64,000 bases of DNA from Bugula neritina (lineage: Eukaryota; Animalia; Bryozoa): contig OZ037767.1 in the NCBI GenBank assembly GCA_964035545.1, forward strand, positions 13,439,801 through 13,503,800, in the 5' to 3' direction. The notes under the pieces are model-generated. The model saw nothing but the letters and a program-made list of their open reading frames with translations, was not told the origin of the DNA and searched no databases. How positions within the stretch are numbered: the stretch's first letter is position 1; every line of letters starts with the position of its first letter. Shown in pieces: positions 47,506 through 64,000 of the stretch. A program made the translations under genes and the position numbers.

Positions 47506-48456
47506 GTGAGTTTACCATTACTTGCCTTTAACCTTTATATAATATTAATATAATAGTATATAATGTGACTTATTATAGTAGTTTATATGTAACTGTGTCA
47601 TTAAGAGTATGACATGTTTAGTGGTTATAATCTGTTTCACAGCAGTTCCAATTTTTACATTTGTTATTTATAATTTTCACTTTACTTGACAACCTTTTAA
47701 GAAATGAAATTTGTCTAGAAATGTTTTTTATCTAATTTAAATTTAATTACAAAATATTATGAGTTTACCAAGATTTAGCAATTAAAGTATGTATACTAAT
47801 TGCTAAAGGTTAAAAACAATGTTATTATGTTGCCATGCATTAATTCAAAACTTATCAAAATATGAATATTACTTTTATTTTAGAATGTCAATAAAAACAA
47901 AAGCGATGGGTTTAGCAGTTCTTGGTGCCGTTATATTGGTATTTCTACCTGCACCAGTAAGATGTGGTGTTTCACTGGGGTTCATAATAGATGATACTGG
48001 ATCCATGAGCGATGATATTTCTGGAGTGAGTTGTTCTGTTAATCTATTGTAAGAAATTTAAGTATAATATAATGTTGACTGAATTATTGATCTCAAAGCA
48101 TTGCATTAATGCCGAGTGTCATTCTAATTAATAAACTAAATTGAAGAATGAATTTGCATATTTCACATTGTTGTTATTTAATTATGTATACTTACCACAT
48201 CCACAGGATGCAAGAATAACTTAATGTTAAATACTTTTATCTTTAGGTGATAAGTAAAGCTTTAGAACTGTTTGACGCAGCAACTGTAGGATCTACATAT
48301 GATCATTATGTCATCTCTCTGTTTAATGATCCAAGTAAGTTGTATAGTTGTCTATATATTATATACTGCTGGTTTTGGTGTATTATAGTGTGTTCTATAG
48401 GTGTTTACTGTAGCATGTACTATAGGTGTTTACTGTAGCGTGTACTGCAGTGTGTA

Positions 48457-49787
48457 GGGGTAACAGGGGCACAACGGGCCGTATTTTGCATTTGTTGCTC
48501 TCATTCGTCTGTTTTTCAAGTTACTAGTTCAATGATCTCTAGTCCTAATGCTGCATCTGTTGTCTATTACAGGTATCAGTTTGTTGTTTCTATCTCTTTC
48601 ACAACTTTCAGATCGGGTAATGAAATTTTCATGACGAAAAAATTGGCCCATTGTGCCCCGGTACTGGGGTACAATGGGCCACTGGGTGGGACATAACAAA
48701 TATATTGAAATTTTGCGTATTTTGTTACATCTGATCTTTATTTATCTGATATTACAAATAAATAAAGATAATCTTTTAGATCTACAGCAAAATTCATGTT
48801 TTAGCTGTACATTTTGTGCCACTACGGATAGCAGAGGAAGGCAAAATCAAATGCACGTCACTCGGTTCTGCAGTGCCATTATCATTACTGTTTAGAACTA
48901 AAAATGTTCTTTTATTTACACCTCAGAGGAACGTTTATTAAAAAAAAACTTTAGTAACATGTACTACAAAACTGTGAGTGGCCTTTTTTTTATGAACTGT
49001 AGCTAAGGTGCATGGCTGAGATTTGTGACTGGAGTACGGAAGGGAGAGGGGGGAGCAAATGAGCAAATCACAATTTATTTTAGTCAAATACATGAATATT
49101 CCCTCAGTGGTGTAATATATAATGAATATCATGACTATCTACTAGTAGCAAGTAGCAACAGCAGAGTGTTTTGTATTATGTATAAAATGGCAAGGCTTTA
49201 ACCTCACCAGATGTATATATTAGGGGAACTTCACCGTGTAGTTTGGTAAACTTATCATGATGTCTTTGATATTTTACAAAAAGGTCAGAAATGGCTATAT
49301 CTATAGATTTTAGTAACATTTCAACTAAATTTTTGAGCAAACAAACTAATAACAGTGATCAGGGTGCAATAATTAGCTGGCCCATTGTGCCCCGGTCAGC
49401 CTGGCCCATTGTGCCCCGTGTGGCCGAATTGAAAATAAATCTGCCTCAAGGAAAATTCATTTCAGATTTTGCTGCTATACTAGTTAAGCAATGTAGAGAC
49501 AAGCAATAGCAACAATATTAGTAAAATATAGCTTCTTGCCTTTGAGTGTAAAAAGTTATAAAGCTTTAACGACATCCTAAAAAATTTACAAAAAGTAGGT
49601 AAAAACAGTTTTTTACTCGCTTTTTCAACATGTATGTTCCGCAAGTGTTGAAACTAGAAAGGCTGAATAATTATGTCAATATCGTTTTATGAAAAAAAAT
49701 CACAACTCTAAGTCAATAAGTTTTCTCACAATTTGGTCGGTTTTTGTACCCCTATGACCGTTGTGCCCCCCCCCATCCCGTTACCCC
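48457..49787. mobile_element. Non-autonomous DNA transposon with TA TSD in gene D intron 3
   Basis: TA-GGGGTAAC...GGGGCACAACGG / CCGTTGTGCCCC...GTTACCCC-TA; internal GGCCCATTGTGCCC repeats at about 48645, 48667 (inverted), 49379 and 49403. Confidence 0.85.
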
Positions 49788-50829
49788 TACTGTAGTGTGC
49801 GTTGTCTAGTGTTTGCTGTAGTCTGTACTGCACTGTATACTGTAATGCGTACTGTACTGTGTACTGTATGTTTTAGCTACTGGACCCGTGTTTGCAACAG
49901 AAGATGCTAATGCTGCAAGAAATTTTATACGAAACATAAATGTGACGTAGGTAGACTAAGTTTTTAAACTTTCAAAGAATTTTGCATGCAGTTATTACAG
50001 CAGAGTTATGTTATTTCTCATTCTTCATAATTTGCTGCCTTGGCTCTGAGTTTATATACAGCCACTGTTCTGTTGTTACATATATAGTCTTTAAAATCAT
50101 TTCTAAACTTTGAATGTAGATTCTACAGCAGAACCTACATTTTAATATTATAATATATCAATTAAATTTAGATAAGTTCTAGTTTGAGTGCAAACTTAAC
50201 ATCAAACTTTTGACAACTAAAAATGATTATACTCCCATGTGGAAGTTTGCAATGAGTAAATGAGTCATACCACAAACAGGAAATGATGTAATTGCAGGGA
50301 GGAGGTGATTGTGCTGAACTGGCAGCTACTGGTATCATAGCTGGTATTGAAGCATCCAAACCCAAATGTCAACTCTATTTCTTCTCAGATGCGTCTGCCA
50401 AAGATGGACCGACTCTTGGACCTACAGTTAAAAGTCTGGCTCTGGCTACTGGTTGTCGGGTAATAATAGTAAAGTTATTTACCTCACTGAAATTGTCAAC
50501 ATCATTATATATAGTTGAAGTTTGCTTTTAGTTTCCAACTGACTATGATGTGTCCTTGAATTTTCCTGACTGCTAATTGTAGGTGACTCCTATACTCACC
50601 GGTACATGTGGAGCTACCACACGAGGACGCACAAGTGCAAAATCTGCCAGCAGTGGACAGAGCAGTGGATTGAGATTTCGACGTGCCACAAGCGGTGACC
50701 ATGCGTGTGTCACCGGTGATATCTATGACCAGTTGGCTTGTTTGACCGGAGGGGAAGTTTACAGAGTCAGCAAAAGTGAAGTGGCAGCAGTGAGTGGATA
50801 AATCAAGTATTTGTTAGTAGAAAGTCGAG

Positions 50830-51173
50830 TAAAGTTTTTCTTGCACCAGGCTGGGCTTAATGACTGCATTTCATCTGGGCCAGGGCTTGTGCCCGCTCTG
50901 CCACTGGTTCTTATTACTAATTCAACTGCAAGGCTAGAATAACTTAGCTTTACTTAGCTATATAACTGCTACTGTAGCTATTAAGCTGTCACATTAGAGA
51001 ATAGCCACCTTAAGCTATTTACAGAAAGCAAATAACAAACACAAAATAAAAATCAGTATTCTACTAAGCATAGACCCACAATTAGCAATAATTGAACTAG
51101 TGGCAGAACAGGCACAAACCCGGCCCAGATGAAGTGCAGTCCCCAAGCCCAGTCTAGTGCAAGAAAAGCCTTA
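50830..51173. mobile_element. MITE with ~85-bp TIRs, shared by genes D and E at the same intron
   Basis: TTTTCTTGCACCAGGCTGGGCTT...TGCCACTGGTTC / GAACTAGTGGCA...AAGCCCAGTCTAGTGCAAGAAAA. Confidence 0.85.
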
Positions 51174-51232
51174 CAGTCAACATGATTGTCAATATTGATA
51201 TTGATATATTCAGTTTACTAATTTTTATCTAA

Positions 51233-51576
51233 GCCTAGGGCCACACTGTGCGTATTTTCGCATGCGGAAATTGAAATCACAAGTAGCAAAGGTGTCCACT
51301 GTAGCGTCAGTGATGCGTGATAAATAAAGCTTTCATTTTTAAATCGCACTCGCTTTCAATAAAACGCAATTTACTGGAATGTAGCACTAAAATAAAGAAT
51401 TTGGGCTCGCTGAATAACTACCAGCCAATTAGGTAACGACGACAGAGACGATTCGCACTTGCGTTGAAAATGCAGAGCGACAAGTGCGAATGTTTTCTCA
51501 ACGCGCACAGTGGACACCTTTGCTACTCGAGATTTCAATTTTCGCATGCGAAAATACGCACCGTGTGGCCCTAGGC
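51233..51576. mobile_element. PIF/Harbinger-like MITE (344 bp), specific to gene D
   Basis: TAA TSD; ~70-bp TIR starting GCCTAGGGCCACAC; empty site at about 60525 in gene E. Confidence 0.9.
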
Positions 51577-54500
51577 TAAGAGACGAAAAATCACATCTGG
51601 AAAGCATACAAGTTGAAGCTTCTACCTCGATCTGTCATGTTGTATTGTGTTACAGATAGTTAACATTATAATTGAGAGAGCTGCTGCTAATATCACTGAA
51701 GAAGGTACGAGAGATCTGGTCCTTGAGTCAATCTACAATCCTGTGGCTGCAGCGACCGATCTCCACCCTTTTTGTGTTGATCCTTCTGTACATGATGTAA
51801 TAGTCTCTCTAATTGGACCATCTGCAGTACTGACTCTCTATGATTCAACTGGTAAGTTCAAACATTGTCTCTCCTACATATGTATAATATTATTATGATA
51901 TTTAGCACTTTTTAAGATCTTTAATGCAGACAAATTAACTTAATTTAACCACACAACAGTCAACATCATGTGTAACTTTTGTCTTTCTAATGCAAGTTTA
52001 TATAGTTACGGTTCCTGCAAAGAACCGCTGACCGAAAGGTTTTTTTGAAAGCAGCCTCAACACTTACTAATTCATATGTTGCACGAAAGCAACTCTGACT
52101 TCCTAACATTACTAATGGCCTTTACTGGAGTTTGAGCTTATGACTTTATGTTTATTAAGCCAAACTCGTTAACACCTAGACTACAGCTGCTCTTATTATT
52201 GTCTTTCTATTGGTTTGTTGAAGGTTCACCACTGCCATCATCCGCATACGTAGACATTGTTGATATTGGAAGTGTTAAAGTCAAAAAGATTGTAACTCCT
52301 AGACCTGGAACTTACTTTGTCTCCTTTTCATCATCTGCTGATCATACCTTGAAAATATCAGGTAATATAAGTGACTTGGGCAGGAAAATTTCTGTATGGA
52401 TAATTATCAAAATTGAAAAGAGCTATGAATCTTTTTTTATTTTAGAAGGCTGTAAACCACAATTGTGCACCAAGTACCAAACCTTTAATCATTAATTGCA
52501 ATTTTTAAAGTAAAACTGACAGTGTTGTTCTTGCACAATGCTACATCTTCAACAGTTTCACTAAAAGGTTTTTCTTTTAAATTTTTAGTCAGAAGTACTC
52601 TTGGAATTACACCATCCTTTTTACAAGGAGGTATAATTGAAAAGACTCCATCCACTGGTGAGTCTACCGTATGTTCTAGTTATATATATATATATATATA
52701 TATATACAAATATATGATAAATTATACTTACCATTTTTATGTAGGCATACTTACTTTGCCGCTTTCTCACAATAATGTTTGTTAATTTTACAGAGGCAAA
52801 GGCTGTTGTCTACGTTGAGATATCAGAATCTTCAGCTGCTGCAGTTTTCAACACTCTGGATGTGGAGGGATTAGATGGTACAGTATTTGACACAATTTCT
52901 CTGGAGAGAGTCAACAGCACTCACCTGGTCTCCAGCTCTGCTGTATCAATACCAGATGATTGCTTCTTCATTAAAGTGAGTCATTTTGAGATAATAGTTT
53001 ACTGTCTTCTGAGTCAATAGTAAAGCTTTGCTCAATTCACATTCTGACTAATATTTCATTGTTCAATAACCAAGACATTACAACACTGAGATTATGTTTC
53101 AGGTGTCAAATAGTAGAGCTACTAGAGGATGCAGCTTTACCAGATCTTCTCCAACTGCCATCTGCCCAACAAGTGAGTTACCATTCAGTATCAGTCCTTT
53201 ACCAAATATTCCTATAACAGATCAAGGATAGACTTAATAAATATGTGTTGTTATCGATACACTATGACAATTGATGCACAAATTGAATGCTTTAAAATCT
53301 TAGTCTGATATATAGCAATTTTGTTCTTGTTTAATATTTAATATATTCTTTCATAGTTTGTGCAGGTAATATAAGCTATTCAGTAAAATACACAAAACAG
53401 CTAATAACACCTTCATTCATTTTAACTTTAATGTAGATAAACCTGTATCAACAACCACCACACCCAGTACAACTACCACTCAAGGTAAAACTCTACACTA
53501 TTTACTATATAATGTCAAATGGATTTTATAGATTTGCTTGCACTGCATATAATAGACTGATACCAGCCTCATATAAAATTGTTTAGTAGGGTGTACCCAT
53601 ACTGCATTGGGAATAAAATCTAAATTTAGATGCTACACAAGACACCTCATAATATTGTATTAAATCAAACCAGTTTTACCCTAATTTGTTCCTCACAACA
53701 TTGTAGACTGGTCATGGTTGTTCTAATCAGAACAGAGATTCAAAGACTGTAACGTTTTCCTCTTCCAAATAACTTTACATATACAGACCTAAATGTGTAG
53801 TCAAAGATCGTTTTCTCCTGGTGCTATTTCCAGTTTAGATATTTATTACAGATTCTTTCAGTAGCAGTAAAATAGCTTTGGCTTGATATTTACTTTCCTT
53901 CTGATATCTCTTTGAGGATACATGATAATATGTAAGTTTCCTTGCTTGTGATTTTATATATTCAATATTCGTTCAATATAGTTTCCATCAAAAGTTTATG
54001 TAATTTTTATTGAAAATCTGTATTTACAAAATTTGTTTTTGAAGGCAAATAAAAGTATATCAAGTTATTTTCAAATCAGCTGACTTGTTTCTAACCTCAT
54101 ATGTACCCTATACAAAGAGAAAACAAGAATAGCAGAAACGAAGCAAATATATCAATAGTAAATAATACTGGTTTCGTTACAGTAGTTTTGTTGTCAGTTT
54201 AATCCTAAGAAATAATTACAATCTAGTATTTTTAAATGTAGCTACAATAACGTTATAGTGATCAAATTGAAAATATAATATTGTTTATGTATTTTGCATG
54301 CATTTAAAGTAAGTTTCAAATAACATAGTATATAGCTATGTGTGCATTTAAACATTACAATCATACAGTATTATTACTATATAGTATATAATACGAATTA
54401 TGCAGTACTATAAAACTATGCAAAAATCAAATAGTGCTACCACTATATATACTAATCATACAATTGTATACTATTTGTCCAGTGCTATTACTATATACTA

Positions 54501-56759
54501 AGGACCTAGTATAAAGACTTACTATTATATACTCTACACAATAACGAATTCTACATCTAGAAAAATGTCTCTACTCTCTTCTCTCACTCACAAGGAGTTA
54601 TGTTCTCCAATCAATTATTCCACCCCACAAGACTATTACAATAAAGCGTAGAGACAATTCAGATAGAACATTATTGAATAGAGTTGACAACTTCAAAAGG
54701 CTGGCTTTAATTTATATTTCCACCACACCAATTTATATACAGATTCACACAGCTATTACTGGCGCATGTTAATATTTCACATTAAATGTTTTATTTTTTT
54801 CATGCTATCACCGTGCCTTATTATTATAGTATATAGTGATAATTATAATATACTAATTATACAGTACTATATACCTATTGAATGTTGAATAAAATTTAGC
54901 TAGAAATATTTATTATTTTATTCAAAATGTGTTTGATTATAATAATATACAGGATATTCACCAAAACATGCAATAATACACAAATTTTTAGCAATACTAG
55001 TGTAAATTCAATGATCATTCATGCGAGAAACAAAATACACATTAATTTATTACTCAATAATGAATAATCATTGAGAAATAGGTAAATGTTTGTTATGTCA
55101 TTTTCAGAAATCCATTTCCTTAAAGAACTTCATAGTTTATTATCCTAATTGTTAAACTATATTTCTTTTCTAACCTTGCATAAACTATATATACACCCCA
55201 CAATAATACCAATACTATAATATTATATTAACAATTCATAGAATATAATTTACTACTTAGTTTGACTACAGCAAGAGCTTTACATACCTTCACACTTTGT
55301 ATTTTTATAGTCACAAGTAGCTAAAGTTCCAACAGTATATATAGAGCATGTGGTGTTTACTATATATGCATAGTATACATAGTCATAGGCTGTAGTGTGT
55401 GTATATATAGTCTTTAGTCTTTAGCATATATTTTATAGTATATAATATTATATAGCAGGCAGTATACTGCATACAGCATGCAGCATATAGCACACAGTAT
55501 ATACAGCATGATATTACGTTGTATATAGTATATGTAAGTATAGTATATAGCATAATAAAATGTTTGGTATAGTTTATTATGTATAGCTGTATATGATATA
55601 TTATATATAGTATATAAAATATAGCATAGTATATATAGCATATGGTATATATAATAAATAGCATATAATATATAGTATAGTATATACAGTATAGTATAGT
55701 ATAGTATATAGGATAGCATTGTATAGTATAGTATAGTATATAGTATAGTATATATAGTATATGGGATAGCATTGTATAGTATAGGATATATAGTATAGTA
55801 TATAGTATAATATAGTATATAATAGCTGTGGTATATCGAGGTAGGAGCATTTGCCTAGTTTTAAGCAAAAAGTCATGTGTTCGAGCAGACAAAGGTCATT
55901 GGTGATGTTAGGAAGAGCATCCAGTCTTAATTGCTCCTTTGTCACATATGAATAAGTCTTAAGCTCGTTTAAACATAAACCTTTTCTATCAAGGTTTTCT
56001 TGCATATATAATGTATAGTATAGTTTAATATTATAGTATATACATATAGTACATTACAGTAGATAGTATAATATATTGTATATATAAGCATAGTATAGTA
56101 TAATATTATAGTATATATATAGTACATTACAGTAGATAGTATAATATATTGTATATATAAGCATAGTATAGTATATATTATAGGAAATGTTTAGTAAACA
56201 ATAACACAATCTGTGACAGCAACATTTATTTTTAAAAAATATCTTATAATAATCTACACAAAAATAATTTACAAAAATACAGCTGTTAATCAATTATTCA
56301 ACCTTGAAGTATTTTTGCATTTAAATTTAGTTTCTTCAACTTTCTTATTAAGAGTTAAAAGTTCATTGTAATATAATGCACTTAAATACTATAATTTATG
56401 CTTATCGAATAAACAAAAGTGCCTCAGAAAATACTAACATTGCATATGCTGAATTTCTAAATAAATAAAAAGAATTTGGTTAAAGTTTTTGCAACTGCAA
56501 TTGCAGTAAATTGAGAACTATAGACAAGCTAAATGAAATAGAAAATATATAAGTTAAAAACTAATGAACTTAATCTATTGAGATATTCTCACAATTCTGC
56601 ACTAAGTGTACAGAGTGTTGGAGCTCTTATCACATGGTTTGGTAATCTGGTTGTTTGTGGTCAGTAGGCATTATTTTGGCCACAAAAACAATTTTTAATT
56701 GCAGCATGAATAATCAACCCATAAGTTAGATGTTGAATTTAATATGTTTTCTATACTAG

Positions 56760-57027
56760 GTAGCCATTGCACAACAGCGCCCACTCATGCAGTGTTTCAG
56801 TAGATATATTGTTTTTAACCTTACAGAATTGCATGCTTCACTAACTATATTTGGTCTCCGCCTTGCATTTCCTTTTCAATTTAATCACCCAGTTCCTTAT
56901 CCTTGCTACTTGCTGGTTGGCTGATTGCAGGTATATAAACTCTTGGTTACCGGTGAGAATATCAAATCAGTTGAAGTGAGCTGAAGAACAATATTCTGAT
57001 AGAAGTTTCAACATATCATACTAACAT
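56760..57027 (+). promoter_or_regulatory. Gene E promoter and non-coding exon 1
   Basis: TATATAAA 56932-56939, TCAGTT, donor GTGAGT at 57028; CCAAT box altered to GTTGG. Confidence 0.8.
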
Positions 57028-57396
57028 GTGAGTTTATCATTACTTGTCTTTAACCTTTATATAATATATTAATATAATAGTATATGTGACTTGTTGTTGT
57101 TGTTTAAATGTAACTGAGGTAAGAGTGGGCATGTTTAATTGTTATAATCCGTTTCAAAACTGTTCAAATCTTTACTTTTGTTATTTAATTTACACTTTAG
57201 TTAACAATATTCTTATAGTAATAAAATTCATCTATATTTTATATTTAAATTTAGCTTCTGATAAAATTTATGTTTTTACACAGATTTTAGCAATTAAAGT
57301 ATGTATACTGATTGCTAATGGTTAAAAACAATGTTATTATGTTGCCATGCATTAATTCAAAACTCATCAAAATATGAATATTACTTTTATTTTAGA

Positions 57397-62705
<5,309 letters not shown>

Positions 62706-64000
62706 TCAGAACAGAGATTCAAAGACTGTAACGTTTTCCTCTTCCAAATAACTTTACATATACAGACCTAAATGTGTAGTCAAAGATCGTTTTCTCCTGG
62801 TGCTATTTCCAGTTTAGATATTTATTACAGATTCTTTCAGTAGCAGTAAAATAGCTTTGGCTTGATATTTACTTTCCTTCTGATATCTCTTTGAGGATAC
62901 ATGATAATATGTAAGTTTCCTTGCTTGTGTTTTTATATATTCAATATTTGTTCAATACAGTTTCCATCAAAAGTTTATGTAATTTTTATTGAAAATCTCT
63001 ATTTACAAATTTGTTATTGAAGGCAAATAAAAGTATATCAAGATATTTTCAAATCAGCTGACCTGTTTCTAACCTCATATGTAACCTACAAAAAGAAAAC
63101 AAGAACAGCAGAGAGAAAACAAATATATCAATAGTAAATAGTACTAGCTACATTACAATAGTTTTGTTGTCAGTTTAATCCTAAGAGATAATTACAATCT
63201 ATAGTATTTTTAAATGTAGCTACAATAACGTTATAGTGATCAAATTGAAAATATGATATTGTTTATGGATTTTGCATGCATTTAAAGTAAGTTTCAAATA
63301 ACATAGTATATAGCTATGTGTGCATTTAAACATAACAATCGTACAGTATTATTAATATATAGTATATAATACGAATTATACAGTACTATAAATATATGTA
63401 CTAATCAAATAGTGCTACCACTATATATACTAATCATACAATTGTATACTATTTGTCCAGTGCTATTACCATATACTAAGGACCTAGTATAAAGACTAAC
63501 TAATATATACTCTGCACAATAATGAATTCTACATCTGGAAAATTTTCTCTACCCTCTTCTCTTACTCATGAGAAGTTATGTTCTCCAATCAATTATTGCA
63601 CCCCACAAAACTATCACAATACTGTATGGAGACAATCTAGAAATAATATGATCGAATAGAGCTGGCAACTTCAAAAGACTGGCTTTAATTTATATTTCTA
63701 CTACACCAATTTATATACAGATTCACACATTTATTACTGGTACATGTTAATATTTCACAATAATTTTTTTTCTTTTCATATGCTATCGCTGTTATGTATT
63801 ATTAGTATGTAGTGATAATTATTATAATTACTATTTATAGCTATATAACTATTAAATGTTGAATGGAATGATTAGAAACCATATAAATTATTTTATTCAA
63901 AATGTGTTGAATTATATAAAATTTGTTGACTGTATATTTACATTAATATACAAAATGCTCACCAAAACATGCAACGATACACAAATATTGTGCAATACTA

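Larger units (their letters stand above)
47885..53726 (+). pseudogene. Gene D: VWA-domain paralog with a 1-nt deletion at the end of coding exon 3 (possible pseudogene)
   Basis: Exons 47885-48025, 48247-48334, 49877-49946, 50298-50459, 50583-50789, 51656-51851, 52224-52361, 52589-52657, 52794-52975, 53103-53172, 53437-53484, 53707-53726; GTGAC/GTAGGT versus GTGACT/GTAAGT in the paralogs. Confidence 0.7.

Overview
AT-rich, intron-containing eukaryotic (invertebrate-like) genomic DNA; the species cannot be determined from the sequence. (1) A cluster of five paralogous genes, each with one non-coding and 12 coding exons: A and B on the minus strand, C, D and E on the plus strand. Each encodes a ~464-aa secreted protein that resembles only the N-terminal VWA + Ig-like module of hemicentin/VWA7, followed by a Thr-rich stalk and a DWSWL[YF] tail. 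Copy D has a 1-nt lesion at a splice donor. (2) A young full-length Ty3/Gypsy LTR retrotransposon (4014-11523; identical 305-bp LTRs, ATAT TSD, tRNA-Leu PBS) with a -1 frameshift signal and a predicted spliced zinc-finger/coiled-coil third gene in the env position. (3) A dimer of identical 272-bp units on the minus strand, each with a consensus type I hammerhead ribozyme and extensive internal base-pairing, sitting in (TA)n. This is a retrozyme-like element predicted to yield a viroid-like circular RNA. (4) A truncated Penelope-like element with its own mutated hammerhead. (5) RTE-type LINE and Academ-like remnants, several MITEs (one nested) and microsatellites. All calls come from reading the sequence by eye; no searches or folding programs were run.
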